NCBI GenBank assembly: GCA_964016885.1
Contig: OZ024753.1
Coordinates: 26,660,001-26,724,000 of the forward strand
Reading direction: 5' to 3'
Length of the DNA stretch: 64,000 nt
DNA from: Eledone cirrhosa
Taxonomy: Eukaryota
Every line of letters starts with the position of its first letter. Positions within the stretch are counted from its first letter, which is position 1. Of the stretch, positions 26,401 through 40,000 are shown one piece after another. Position numbers and translations under genes: made by a program. The notes beneath the pieces were generated by a model. It ran no database searches. It saw only the letters and a program-made list of their open reading frames with translations, and was not told the origin of the DNA.

Positions 26401-28388
26401 TAGTGTTTGGGTTTGGGTTTGGGTTAGGTTTAGGGCTTGGGTTTGGGTTTGGTTTCGGGTTAGGGTTAGGGTTAAGGTTACGGTTAGTGATTGGGTTAGT
26501 GTTAGGCTTAGCGTTAGGGTTAGGTTTAGGGTTAGTGTTTGGGTTGGGGTTGGGGTGCGTGAGGGTGTTGGGGTGGGGTTAGAGGTGGAGTTAGGGTTAG
26601 GTTTTGTGTTTGGGTTAGGGTTAGCGATAGGGTTAGGGATAGGGTTAGGGGTAGGGTTAGGGTTTGTGTTAGGGTTTGGGTTTGGGTTATGGTTAGGTTT
26701 ATGTTTAGGGTTATTGTTTATGTTAGGGCTTGGGTTAGGATTAGGGTTACGGTTAGGGTTAGGGTTTGGGTTAGGATTTGGGTTAAGGTTAGGTTTTCGG
26801 TTAGTGTTTGGGTTAGTGTAAGGGTTAGTGTTAGGGTTAGGGCTAGGGTTACGTTTCCGGTTGGGGTTACGGTTAGGGTTAGGGTTAGGGTTAGGGTTAG
26901 GTTTAGGGTTTGGGTTATGGTTAGTTTTAGGGTTAGGTTTAGGGTTAGGGTTAGGGTTAGGGTTTGCGTTAGGGTTAGGTTTAGGGTTAGGGTTAGGGTT
27001 AAGGGTAGGGTTAGGGTTGCGGTTGCAGTTGTGATTGGGGTTGGGGTTAGAGTTAGGGTTAGAGTTAGGGTTGGGGTTAGAGTTAGGGTTAGAGTTAGGG
27101 TTGGGGTTAGGGTTAGCGTTGGGGTTAGGTTTAGGGTTAGCGTTGGGATTAGGGTTAGGGTTAGCGTTGGGGTTAGTGTTAGGGTAGAGTTATCGTTTGG
27201 GTTAGGGTTAGGGTTAGGTGTCGGTTTAGGGTTATGGTTTTGGGTTACGGTTAGGGTTAGTGTTAGGGTTTGGATCAGGGTTACGGTTAGGTTTAGGGTT
27301 AGGGTTTGGGTTAGGGTTAGTGTTAAGGTTTGGGTTAGGTTGTGGGTTAGGGTTAGGTTTTGGGTTAGGGTTATTGTTAGGGTTAGGGTTAGGTTTATGG
27401 TTAGGGTTAGGGCTAGTGTTAAGGTTTGGGTTAGGGTGTGCGTTAGTGTTAGGGTTAGGGTTAGGGTTAGGGTTAGTGTTAGTGTTAGGATTAGGGTTAG
27501 GTTTACGGTTAGGGTTTGGGTTAGGGTTAGCGTTACGGTTAGTGTTAGGGTTGGGGTTGTGGTGGGGATGGGGTGGGGTTGGGTGCGGGTTAAGTTTGGG
27601 GTTAGTGTTAGCGTTGTGGTTAGGGTTATGATTACGGTTGCAGTTGTGGTTGCGGTTGGGGCTAGCGTTGGGGATAGGGTCGGGGTTAGAGTTAGGGTTA
27701 GAGTTAGGGTTGGGGTTAGGGTTAGCATTGGGGTTAGGGTTAGGGTTAGGATTAGGGTTTGGGTTAGGGTTAGGTTTAGAGTTATCGGTTGGGTTAGGGT
27801 TAGGGTTAGGGGTAGGGTTAGGGTTATGGTTTTGGGTTAGGGTTAGAGTTAGGGTTAGTGTTGGGGTTTGGATTAGGGTTATTTTTAGGGTTTGGGTTTG
27901 GATTAGGTTTAGGGCTTGGGTTCGGTTTCGGGTTAGGGTTAGGGTTAGGGTTAGGGTTATTGTTAGTGTTACTGCTAGGGTTAGGGTTTGGGTTAGGGTT
28001 AGGTTTTGTGTTTGGGTTAGGGTTAGCGATAGGATTAGGGTTAGGGTTAGGGTTAGGTTTAGGTTAGGGTTTGGGTTTGGGTTAGGGTTAGGTTTATGTT
28101 TAGGGTTATTGTTTATGTTAGGGCTCGGGTTAGAATTATGGTTAGGGTTTGGGTTAGGGTTTGGGTTAGGGTTACTGCTAGGATTAGTGTTGGGTTAGGG
28201 TTACGGTTAGTGTTTGGGTTAGTGTTAGGGTTAGAGTTAGGGTTAGTGTTAGTGTTAGGCTTAGGGTTACGTTTCCGTTTGGGGTTGCGGTTGGGGTTAG
28301 CTTTCGGGATAGTGTTAGGGTTAGGGTTAGCCATAGGGTTAGGGTTACGGTTTGGGTTTGGTTTAGGTTTAGGATTAGTGTTAGGGTT
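17490..28388 (+). repeat. Copy 2 of the >10.5-kb segmental duplication (partner 1-10562)
   Basis: As for copy 1; differs by a 282-bp internal duplication, small indels and scattered substitutions. Confidence 0.9.
18205..18770 (+). repeat. 282-bp tandem duplication private to copy 2
   Basis: GGGTAATTGTTAGTGTTACTG occurs at ~18230 and ~18512 but once in copy 1 (~741); ORF starts 18236 and 18518. Confidence 0.85.
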
Positions 28389-29069
28389 TGGGTTAGGCTT
28401 AGGGTTAGTGTTAAGGGTTAGGGTTGTGGTTAGTGTTAGGGTTAGTGTTTGGGTTGGGGTTGGGGTGGGGTTGGGGTGCGTGTTAAGGTTGGGGTTAGGG
28501 TTGAGGTTGGGGTTAGGGTTAGGGATAGGGTTAGAGTTAGGGTTGGGGTTAGGGATAGGGTTAGGATTAAGGTTAGGGTTAGGATTTTGGTTGCGGTTGT
28601 GGTTGGGGTTGGGGCTAGCGTTGGGGATAGGGTTGGCTTAGAGTTAGGGTTGGGGTTAGGGTTAGGGTTAGGGGTAGGGTTAGGGTTATGGTTTTGGGTT
28701 AGGTTTAGGGTTAGTGTTAGGGTTTGGGTTTGGGTTTGGGTTAGGTTTAGGGCTTGGGTTTGGGTTTGGTTTCGGGTTAGGGTTAGGGTTAAGGTTACGG
28801 TTAGTGATTGGGTTAGTGTTAGGCATAGCGTTAGGGTTAGGTTTAGGGTTAGTCTTTGGGTTGGGGTTGGGGTGCGTGAGGGTGTTGGGGTGGGGTTAGA
28901 AGTGGTGTTAGGGTTAGGTTTTGTGTTTGGGTTAGGGTTAGCGTTAGGGGTAGGGATAGGGTTAGGGGTAGGGTTAGGGTTTGTGTTAGGGTTTGGGTTT
29001 GGGTTAGGGTTAGGTTTATGTTTAGGGTTATTGTTTATGTTAGGGCTCGGGTTAGGATTAGGTTTACGG

Positions 29070-32000
29070 TTAGGGTTAGGGTTTGGGTTAGGATTTGGGT
29101 TAAGGTTATGTTTTCGGTTAGTGTTTGGGTTAGTGTAAGGGTTAGTGTTAGGGTTAGGGCTAGGGTTACGTTTGCGGTTGGGGTTGCGGTTTGGGTTAGG
29201 GTTAGGGTTAGGGTTAGGGTTAGGGTTAGGGTTTGGGTTATGGTTAGTTTTAGGGTTAGGTTTAGGGTTAGGTTTAGTGTTAGGGTTTGGGTTAGGGTTA
29301 GGGTTAAGGTTAGTGTTAGGGTTAGTGTTAGGATTAGGGTTACGGTTAGGTTTAGGGTTAGGGTTTAGATTACGGTTTGGGTTTGGGTTAGGGTTCGAGT
29401 TAGGGTGAGGTTTGGGGTTTGGTTTAGGGCTAGGGCTAGCGTTAGGGTTAGGTTTAGGGTTTGGGTTATGGTTTGGGTTAGGGTTACGGTTAGTGTTTGG
29501 GTTAGTGTTAGGGTTAGCGTTAGGGTTAGAGATTGGGTTATGTTTGGGTTGGGGTTATGAGGGTTAGCGATAGGATTAGTGTTAGGGTTAGGTTTAGGTT
29601 ACGGTTTGGGTTTGGGTTAGGGTTAGGTTTATGTTTAGGGTTATTGTTTATGTTAGGGCTCGGGTTAGGATTAGGGTTAGGGTTAGGGTTAGGGTTTGGG
29701 TTAGGATTTGGGTTAGGGTTATTGTTAGTGTTACTGCTAGGGTTAGGGTTTGGGTTTGGGTTTCGGTTTGGGGTTGAGGTTGGGGTTAGCGTTGGGGATA
29801 GGGTTAGGATTAGGGTTTGGGTTAGGGTTAGGGTTTGGGTTAGTGTTAGGGTTAGGTTTTGGGTTAGGTTTAGGGTTAGGGTTAAGGTTATGGTTTGGGT
29901 TATGGAGGGTTAGGGTTAGGTTTAGGGTTAGTGTTAGGGTTAATGTTAGGGTTAGGTTTAGGTTTAGGGTTAGGGTTAGGGTTTGGGTAGAGGTTTAGGG
30001 TTACTGTTAGCATTACGGTTTGAGTTTGGTTTAGGTTTAGGGTTAGGGTTAGGCTTTGGGTTAGGGTTAGGGTTAGGGTTAGTGTTAAGAGTAGGGTTAG
30101 GGTTGCGGTTGCAGTTGTGATTGGGGTTGGGGCTAGCGTTGGGGATAGGGTTGGGGTTAGAGTTAGGGTTAGAGTTAGGGTTGGGGTTAGAGTTAGGGTT
30201 AGAGTTAGGGTTGTGTTATGGTTAGCTTTGGGGTTAGATTTAGGTTTAGCGTTGGGGTTAGGGTAGGGTTAGCGTTGGGGTTAGGGTTAGGCTTAGAGTT
30301 AGGGTTAGAGTTAGGGTTAGGGTTGAGGTTAGGGTTAGCGTTGGGGTTATGTTTAGGGTTAGCGTTGGGGTTAGTGTTAGCGTTGGGGTTAGGATTAGGG
30401 TTAGAGTTAGGCTTTGGGTTAGGGTTAGGGTTACGTGTATGTTTAGGGTTATGGTTTGGGGTTAGGGTTAGGCTTAGTGTTAGGGTTTGGATCAGGGTTA
30501 CGGTTAGCTTTAGGGTTAGGGTTTGGGTTAGGGTTAGGTTTATGGTTAGGGTTAGCGTTAGTGTTAGTGTTAGGGTTTGGATTAGGGTTAGGGTTAGTGT
30601 TAGTGTTAGGCTTTGGGTTTGGGTTTGGGTTAGGGCTTGGTTTTGGGTTTGTTTTCGGGTTAGGGTTAGGGTTAGTGTTAAGGTTTGGGTTAGGGTGTGC
30701 GTTAGTGTTAGGGTTAGGGTTAGTGTTAGGATTAGGGTTAGGTTTAGGGTTTGGGTTAGGGTTAGCGTTACGGTCAGTGTTAGGGTTGGGGTTGGTGTTA
30801 GGGCTTGGGTTAGGTTTAGGGTTAGGGTTAAGGTTAGGGTTTGGGTTATGGAGGGTTAGGGCTAGGGTTTGGGTTATGGAGGGTCAGGGTTAGGGTTATC
30901 GTTTGGGTTAGTGTTAGGTTTATGGTTAGTGTTAGGGTTAGTGTTAGGGTTAGGTTTAGGGTTAGGGTTAGGGTTAGGGTTTGGGTTAGGTTTAGGGTTA
31001 CGGTTAGGGTTACGGTTTGGGTTTGGTTTAGGTTTAGGGTTAGGGTTAGGCTTTGGGTTAGGGTTAGGGTTAGGGTTAGGGTTAGGGTTAAGGGTAGGGT
31101 TATGGTTGCGGTTGCAGTTGTGATTGGGGTTGGGGGTAGCGTTGGGGATAGGGTTGGGGTTAGAGTTAGGGTTAGAGTTAAGGTTGGGGTTAGAGTTAGG
31201 GTTAGAGTTAGGGTTGGGGTTAGGGTTAGTGTTAGAGTTATCGTTTTGGTTAGGTTAGGGTTAGGTGTCGGTTTAAGGTTATGGTTTGGGGTTAGGGTTA
31301 GGGTTAGTGTTAGGGTTTGGATCAGGGATACGGTTAGGTTTAGGGTTAGGCTTGGGTTAGGGTTAGTGTTAAGGTTTGGGTTAGGGTGTGGGTTAGGGTT
31401 AGGTTTTGGGTTAGGGTTATTGTTAGGGTTAGGGTTAGGTTTATGGTTAGGGTTAGCGTTAGTGTTAGTGTTAGGATTAGGGTTAGGTTTAGGGTTAGGA
31501 TTTGGGTTAGAGTTAGCGTTACGGTTAGTGTTAGGGTTGGGGTTGGGGTGGGGTTGGGGTGGGGTTGGGGTGCGGGTTAAGGTTGGGGTTAGGGTTGAGT
31601 TTCGGGTTAGGGTTAGGGTTAGGGCTAGAGATAGTGTTAGAGTTAGGATTTGGGTTAGTGTTAGCGTTGGGGTTAGGGTCAGGATTACGGTTGCAGTTGT
31701 GGTTGCGGTTGGGGCTAGCGTTGGGGATAGAGTTGGGGTTAGAGTTAGGGTTAGAGTTAGGGTTGGGGTTAGAGTTAGGGTTAGAGTTAGGGTGGGGTTA
31801 GGGTTAGCGTTGGGGTTAGGTTTAGGGTTAGCGTTGGGGTTAGAGTTAGGGTTAGCGTTGGGGTTAGGGTTAGGGTTAGAGTTATCGTTTGGGTTAGGGT
31901 TAGGGTTAGATGTAGGTTTAGGGTTATGGTTTTAGGTTAGGGTTAGGGTCAGTGTTAGGGTTTGGATCAGGGTTACGGTTAGGTTTAGGGTTAGGGTTTG

Positions 32001-35000
32001 GGTTAGGGTTAGTATTAAGGTTTGGGTTAGGGTGTGGGTTAGGGTTAGGTTTTGTGTTAGGGTTATTGTTAGGGTTAGGGTTAGGTTTATGGTTAGGGTT
32101 AGCGTTAGTTTTAGTGTTAGGGTTTGGATTAGAGTTAGGGTTAGTGTTAGGCTTTGGGTTTGGGTTTGGGTTAGGGCTTGGTTTTGGGTTTGGTTTCAGG
32201 TTAGGGTTAGGGTTAGTGTTAGGGTTGGGGTTGTGGTTAGGGTTTGGGTTAGGTTTAGGGTTAGGGTTAAGGTTAGGGTTTGGGTTATGGAGGGTTATCG
32301 TTTGGGTTGGGGTTAGGTTCAGGGTTAGGGTTTGGTTTAGGTTTAGGGTTACGGTTAGGGTTACGGTTTGGGTTTGGTTTAGTGTTAGGTTTAGGCTTTG
32401 GGTTAGGGTTAGGCTTAGGGTTAGGGTTAGTGTTAAGGGTAGTGTTAGGGTTGCGGTTGCAGTTGTGATTGGGGTTGGGGCTAGCGTTGGGGATAGGGTT
32501 GGGGTTAGAGTTAGGGTTAGAGTTAGGGTTGGGGTTAGAGTTAGGGTTAGAGTTAGGGTTGGGGTTAGGGTTAGCGTTGGGGTTAGGTTTAGGGTTAGCG
32601 TTGGGGTTAGGGTTAGGGTTAGCGTTGGGGTTAGTGTTAGGGTAGAGTTATCGTTTGGGTTAGGGTCAGGGTTAGGTGTCGGTTTAGGGTTATGGTTTTG
32701 GGTTAGGGTTAGGGTTAGTGTTAGGGTTTGGATCAGGGTTACGGTTAGGTTTAGGGTTAGGGTTTGGGTTAGGGTTAGTGTTAAGGTTTGGGTTAGGGTG
32801 TGGGTTAAGGTTAGGTTTTGGGTTAGGGTTATTGTTTGGGTTAGGGTTAGGTTTATGGTTAGGGTTAGGGCTAGTGTTAAGGTTTGGGTTAGGGTGTGCG
32901 TTAGTGTTAGGGTTAGGGTTAGGCTTAGGGTTAGTGTTAGTGTTAGGATAAGGGTTAGGTTTAGGGTTAGGGTTTGGGTTAGGATTTGGGTTAAGGTTAG
33001 GTTTTCGGTTAGTGTTTGGGTTAGTGTAAGGGTTAGTGTTAGGGTTAGGGCTAGGGTTACGTTTGCGGTTGCGGTTGGGGTTAGGGTTAGGGTTAGGGTT
33101 AGGGTTAGGGTTAGGGTTTGGGTTATGGTTAGTTTTAGGGTTAGGTTTAGGGTTAGGTTTAGTGTTAGGGTTTGGGTTAGGGTTAGGGTTAAGGTTAGTG
33201 TTAGGGTTAGTGTTAGGATTAGGGTTACGGTTAGGTTTAGGGTTAGGGTTTAGATTACGGTTTGGGTTTGGGTTAGGGTTCGAGTTAGGGTGAGGTTTGG
33301 GGTTTGGTTTAGGGCTAGGGCTAGCGTTAGGGTTAGGTTTAGGGTTTGGGTTATGGTTTGGGTTAGGGTTACGGTTAGTGTTTGGGTTAGTGTTAGGGTT
33401 AGCGTTAGGGTTAGAGATTGGGTTATGTTTGGGTTGGGGTTATGAGGGTTAGCGATAGGATTAGTGTTAGGGTTAGGTTTAGGTTACGGTTTGGGTTTGG
33501 GTTAGGGTTAGGTTTATGTTTAGGGTTATTGTTTATGTTAGGGCTCGGGTTAGGATTAGGGTTAGGGTTAGGGTTAGGGTTTGGGTTAGGATTTAGGTTA
33601 GGGTTATTGTTAGTGTTACTGCTAGGGTTAGGGTTTGGGTTTGGGTTTCGGTTTGGGGTTGAGGTTGGGGTTAGCGTTGGGGATAGGGTTAGGATTAGGG
33701 TTTGGGTTAGGGTTAGGGTTTGGGTTAGTGTTAGGGTTAGGTTTTGGGTTAGGTTTAGGGTTAGGGTTAAGGTTATGGTTTGGGTTATGGAGGGTTAGGG
33801 TTAGGTTTAGGGTTAGTGTTAGGGTTAATGTTAGGGTTAGGTTTAGGTTTAGGGTTAGGGTTAGGGTTTGGGTAGAGGTTTAGGGTTACTGTTAGCATTA
33901 CGGTTTGAGTTTGGTTTAGGTTTAGGGTTAGGGTTAGGCTTTGGGTTAGGGTTAGGGTTAGGGTTAGTGTTAAGAGTAGGGTTAGGGTTGCGGTTGCAGT
34001 TGTGATTGGGGTTGGGGCTAGCGTTGGGGATAGGGTTGGGGTTAGAGTTAGGGTTAGAGTTAGGGTTGGGGTTAGAGTTAGGGTTAGAGTTAGGGTTATG
34101 TTATGGTTAGCTTTGGGGTTAGATTTAGGTTTAGCGTTGGGGTTAGGGTAGGGTTAGCGTTGGGGTTAGGGTTAGGCTTAGAGTTAGGGTTAGAGTTAGG
34201 GTTAGGGTTGAGGTTAGGGTTAGCGTTGGGGTTATGTTTAGGGTTAGCGTTGGGGTTAGTGTTAGCGTTGGGGTTAGGATTAGGGTTAGAGTTAGGCTTT
34301 GGGTTAGGGTTAGGGTTACGTGTATGTTTAGGGTTATGGTTTGGGGTTAGGGTTAGGGTTAGTGTTAGGGTTTGGATCAGGGTTACGGTTAGCTTTAGGG
34401 TTAGGGTTTGGGTTAGGGTTAGGTTTATGGTTAGGGTTAGCGTTAGTGTTAGTGTTAGGGTTTGGATTAGGGTTAGGGTTAGGGTTAGTGTTAGGCTTTG
34501 GGTTTGGGTTTGGGTTAATGCTTGGTTTTGGGTTTGTTTTCGGGTTAGGGTTAGGGTTAGTGTTAAGGTTTGGGTTAGGGTGTGCGTTAGTGTTAGGGTT
34601 AGGGTTAGTGTTAGGATTAGGGTTAGGTTTAGGGTTTGGGTTAGGGTTAGCGTTACGGTCAGTGTTAGGGTTGGGGTTGGTGTTAGGGCTTGGGTTAGGT
34701 TTAGGGTTAGGGTTAAGGTTAGGGTTTGGGTTATGGAGGGTTAGGGCTAGGGTTTGGGTTATGGAGGGTCAGGGTTAGGGTTATCGTTTGGGTTAGGGTT
34801 AGGTTTATGGTTAGTGTTAGGGTTAGTGTTAGGGTTAGGTTTAGGGTTAGGGTTAGGGTTAGGGTTTGGGTTAGGTTTAGGGTTACGGTTAGGGTTACGG
34901 TTTGGGTTTGGTTTAGGTTTAGGGTTAGGGTTAGGCTTTGGGTTAGGGTTAGGGTTAGGGTTAGGGTTAGGGTTAAGGGTAGGGTTATGGTTGCGGTTGT

Positions 35001-37065
35001 AGTTGTGATTGGGGTTGGGGGTAGCGTTGGGGATAGGGTTGGGGTTAGAGTTAGGGTTAGAGTTAAGGTTGGGGTTAGAGTTAGGGTTAGAGTTAGGGTT
35101 GGGGTTAGGGTTAGTGTTAGAGTTATCGTTTTGGTTAGGTTAGGGTTAGGTGTCGGTTTAAGGTTATGGTTTGGGGTTAGGGTTAGGGTTAGTGTTAGGG
35201 TTTGGATCAGGGATACGGTTAGGTTTAGGGTTAGGCTTGGGTTAGGGTTAGTGTTAAGGTTTGGGTTAGGGTGTGGGTTAGGGTTAGGTTTTGGGTTAGG
35301 GTTATTGTTAGGGTTAGGGTTAGGTTTATGGTTAGGGTTAGCGTTAGTGTTAGTGTTAGGATTAGGGTTAGGTTTAGGGTTAGGATTTGGGTTAGAGTTA
35401 GCGTTACGGTTAGTGTTAGGGTTGGGGTTGGGGTGGGGTTGGGGTGGGGTTGGGGTGCGGGTTAAGGTTGGGGTTAGGGTTGAGTTTCGGGTTAGGGTTA
35501 GGGTTAGGGCTAGAGATAGTGTTAGAGTTAGGATTTGGGTTAGTGTTAGCGTTGGGGTTAGGGTCAGGATTACGGTTGCAGTTGTGGTTGCGGTTGGGGC
35601 TAGCGTTGGGGATAGAGTTGGGGTTAGAGTTAGGGTTAGAGTTAGGGTTGGGGTTAGAGTTAGGGTTAGAGTTAGGGTTGGGTTAGGGTTAGCGTTGGGG
35701 TTAGGTTTAGGTTTAGCGTTGGGGTTAGGGTTAGGGTTAGCGTTGGGGTTAGGGTTAGAGTTAGGGTTAGAGTTAGGGTTGGGGTTAGAGTTAGGGTTAG
35801 GGTTAGAGTTAGGGTTGGGGTTAGGGTTAGCGTTGGGGTTAGGTTTAGGGTTAGCGTTGGGGTTAGGGTTAGGGTTAGCGTTGGGGTTAGGGTTAGGGTT
35901 AGAGTTATCGTTTGGGTTAGGGTTAGGATTAGATGTAGGTTTAGGGTTATGGTTTTAGGTTAGGGTTAGGGTTAGTGTTAGGGTTTGGATCAGGGTTACG
36001 GTTAGGTTTAGGGTTAGGGTTTGGGTTAGGGTTAGTATTAAGGTTTGGGTTAGGGTGTGGGTTAGGGTTAGGTTTTGTGTTAGGGTTATTGTTAGGGTTA
36101 GGGTTAGGTTTATGGTTAGGGTTAGCGTTAGTTTTAGTGTTAGGGTTTGGATTAGAGTTAGGGTTAGTGTTAGGCTTTGGGTTTGGGTTTGGGTTAGGGC
36201 TTGGTTTTGGGTTTGGTTTCAGGTTAGGGTTAGGGTTAGTGTTAGGATTAGGTTTAGCTTTAGGGTTAGGGTTTGGTTAGGGTTAGCGTTACGGCTAGTG
36301 TTAGGGTTGGGGTTGTGGTTAGGGTTTGGGTTAGGTTTAGGGTTAGGGTTAAGGTTAGGGTTTGGGTTATGGAGGGTTATCGTTTGGGTTGGGGTTAGGT
36401 TCAGGGTTAGGGTTTGGTTTAGGTTTAGGGTTACGGTTAGGGTTACGGTTTGGGTTTGGTTTAGTGTTAGGTTTAGGCTTTGGGTTAGGGTTAGGCTTAG
36501 GGTTAGGGTTAGTGTTAAGGGTAGTGTTAGGGTTGCGGTTGCAGTTGTGATTGGGGTTGGGGCTAGCGTTGTGGATAGGGTTGGGGTTAGAGTTAGGGTT
36601 AGAGTTAGGGTTGGGGTTAGAGTTAGGGTTAGAGTTAGGGTTGGGGTTAGGGTTAGCGTTGGGGTTAGGTTTAGGGTTAGCGTTGGCTTTAGGGTTAGGG
36701 TTAGCGTTGGGGTTAGTGTTAGGGTAGAGTTATCGTTTGGGTTAGGGTCAGGGTTAGGTGTCGGTTTAGGGTTATGGTTTTGGGTTAGGGTTAGGGTTAG
36801 TGTTAGGGTTTGGATCAGGGTTACGGTTAGGTTTAGGGTTAGGGTTTGGGTTAGGGTTAGTGTTAAGGTTTGGGTTAGGGTGTGGGTTAGGGTTAGGTTT
36901 TGGGTTAGGGTTATTGTTTGGGTTAGGGTTAGGTTTATGGTTAGGGTTAGGGCTAGTGTTAAGGTTTGGGTTAGGGTGTGCGTTAGTGTTAGGGTTAGGG
37001 TTAGGGTTAGGGTTAGTGTTAGTGTTAGGATAAGGGTTAGGTTTAGGGTTAGGGTTTGGGTTAGG
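29070..37065 (+). repeat. ~3.9-4.1-kb tandem duplication (29070-32960 / 32961-37065)
   Basis: ORF pairs at offset 3885 (29533/33418, 30218/34103, 31559/35444), rising to 4023 and 4082 after insertions. Shared rare markers TTACGTGTATGT and GAGATTGGGTTATGT. Confidence 0.88.
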
Positions 37066-40000
37066 GTTAGCGTTACGGTTAGTGTTAGGGTTGGGGTTGG
37101 GGTGGGGATGGGGTTGGGTTGGGGTGCGGGTTATATTTGGGGTTAGTGTTAGCGTTGTGAGTAGGGTTATGATTACGGTTGCAGTTGTGGTTGCGGTTGG
37201 GGCTAGCGTTGGGGATAGGGTCGGGGTTAGAGTTAGGGTTAGAGTTAGGGTTGGGGTTAGGGTTAGCGTTGGGGTTAGGGTTAGGGTTAGGATTAGGGTT
37301 TGGGTTAGGGTTAGGTTTAGAGTTATCGGTTGGGTTAGGGTTAGGGTTAGGGGTAGGGTTAGGGTTATGGTTTTGGGTTAGGGTTAGTGTTAGGGTTAGG
37401 GTTAGGGTTAGGGTTAGGGTTAGGGTTGGTGTTAATGTTAGTGTTACGTTTCGGTTTGGGGTTGAGGTTGGGGTTAGCGTTGGGGATAGTGTTAGGATTA
37501 GGGTTTGGGTTAGGGTTAGGGTTTGGGTTAGTGTTAGGGTTAGGTTTAGGGTTAGCGTTAGGGTAAGGGTTAGGGTTTGGTTTAAGTTTAGGGTTAGGGT
37601 TAAGGTTATGGTTTGGGTTATGGAGGGTTAGGGCTAGGGTTTGGGTTATGGAGGGTCAGGGTTAGGGTTAGGGTTATCGTTTGGGTTAGGGTTAGGTTTA
37701 TGGTTTGTGTTAGGGTTAGTGTTAGGGTTAGGTTTAGTGTTAGGCTTTGGGTTAGGGTTAGGGTTAGGGTTAGGGTTAGTGTTAAGGGTAGGGTTAGGGT
37801 TGCGGTTGCAGTTGTGATTGGGGTTGGGGCTAGCGTTGGGGATAGGGTTGGGGTTAGAGTTAGGGTTAGAGTTAGGGTTGGGGTTAGTGTTAGCATTGGG
37901 GTTAGGTTTAGGTTTAGCGTTGGGGTTAGGGTTAGGGTTAGCGTTGGGGATAGGGTTAGGTTTAGAGTTAGGGTTAGAGTTAGGGTTGGGGTTATAGTTA
38001 GGGTTAGGTTTAGAGTTAGGGTTGGGGTTAGGGTTAGCGTTGGGGTTAGGTTTAGGGTTAGCGTTGGGGTTGGGGTTAGGGTTAGCGTTGGGGTTTGGGT
38101 TAGGGTTATCGTTTGGGCTAGGGTTAGGGTTAGGTGTAGGTTTAGGCTCATGGTTTTGGGTTAGGGTTAGGGTTAGTGTTAGGGTTTGGATCAGGGTTAC
38201 GGTTAGGTTTAGGGTTAGGGTTTGGGTCAGGGTTAGTGTTAAGGTTTGCGTTAGGGTGTGGGTTAGGGTTAGGTTTTGGGTTAGGGTTATTGTTAGGGTT
38301 AGGGTTAGGTTTATGGTTAGGGTTAGCGTTAGTGTTAGTGTTACGGTTTGGATTAGGTTTAGGGTTAGTGTTAGGCTTTGGGTTTGGGTTTGGGTTAGGG
38401 TTTTGGTTTTGGGTTTGGTTTCGGGTTAGGGTTAGGGTTAGTGTTAAGGTTTGGGTTAGGGTGTGCGTCAGTGTTAGGGTTAGGGTTAGTGTTAGGATTA
38501 GGGTTATGTTTAGGGTTAGTGTTTGTGTTAGGGTTAGCGTTATGGTTAGTGTTAGGGTTGGGGTTGGGGATAGGGTTTGGGTTAGGTTTAGGGTTAGGGT
38601 TAAGGTTAGGGTTTGGGTTATGGAGGGTTAGGGCTAGGATTTGGGTTACGGAGGGTCAGGGTTAGGGTTAGGGTTATCGTTTGGGTTAGGGTTAGGTTTA
38701 GGGTTAGTGTTAGGGTTAGTGTTAGGGTTAGGTTTAGGGTTAAGGTTAGGGTTAGGGTTTGGGTTAGGTTTAGGGTTACGGTTAGGGTTACGGTTTGAGT
38801 TTGGTTTAGGTTTAAGGTTAGGGTTAGGCTTTGGGTTACGTTTAGGGTTAGGGTTAGGGTTAGTGTTAGGCTTTGGGTTAGGGTTGCGGTTTCAGTTGTG
38901 ATTGGTGTTGGGGCTAGCGTTGGGGATAGGGTTGGTGTTAGCGTTAGGGTTAGAGTTAGGGTTAGAGTTAGGGTTAGAGTTAGGGTTGGGGTTAGGGTTA
39001 GCGTTGGGGTTAGGTTTAGGTTTAGCGTTGGGGTTAGGGTTAGGGTTAGCGTTGGGGTTAGGGTTAGGGTTAGAGTTAGGGTTAGAGTTAGGGTTGGGGT
39101 TAGAGTTAGGGTTAGGGATAGAGTTAGGGTTGGAGTTAGGGATAGCGTTGGGGTTAGGTTTAGGGTTAGCGTTGGGGTTAGGGTTAGGGTTAGCTTTGGG
39201 GTTAGGGTTAGAGTTGTCGTTTGGGTTAGGGTTGGGGTTAGGTGTCGGTTTAGGGTTATGGTTTTGGATTAGGGTTAGGGTTAGTGTTAGGGTTTGGATC
39301 AGGGTTACTGTTAGGTTTAGGGTTAGGGTTTGGGTTAGGGTTAGTGTTAAATTTTGGGTTAGGGTGTGGGTTAGGTTTTGGGTTAGGGTTATTATTAGGG
39401 TTAGGGTTAGGTTTATGGTTAGGATTAGCGTTAGTGTTAGTGTTAGGGTTTGGATTAGGGTTAGGGTTAGTGTTAAGCTTTGGGTTTGGGTTTGGGTTAG
39501 GGCTTGGTTTCGGGTTTGGTTTCGGGTTAGGGTTAGGGTTAATGTTAAGGTTTGTGTTAGGGTGTGTGTTAGTGTTAGAGTTAGGGTTAGTGTTAGGATT
39601 AGGGTTAGGTTTAGGGTTAGGGTTTGGGTTAGGGTTAGCGTTACGGTTAGTGTTAAGGTTTGGGTTGGGGTTAGGGTTTGGGTTAGGTTTTGGGTTAGGG
39701 TTAAGGCTAGGGTTTGGGTTATGGAGGGTTAGGGCTAGGGTTTGGGTTATGGAGGGTCAGGGTTAGGGTTAGGGTTATCGTTTGGGTTAGGGTTAGGTTC
39801 AGGGTTAGTGTTAGGGTTAGTGTTAGGGTTAGGTTTAGGGTTAGGGTTAGGGTTAGGGTTTGGGTTAGGTTTAGGGTTACGGTTAGGGTTACGGTTTGGA
39901 TTTGGTTTAGGTTTAGGGTTAGGCTTTGGGTTAGGGTTAGGGTTAGGGTTAGAGTTAGTGTTAAGGGTAGGGTTAGGGTTGCGGTTGCAGTTGTGATTGG

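Noticed and set aside
35421-35457. Dense G4-run clusters as special G-quadruplex sites
   Set aside because: The whole array is G-quadruplex-prone; these TTGGGG/TGGGG clusters are recurring words and not separately informative.
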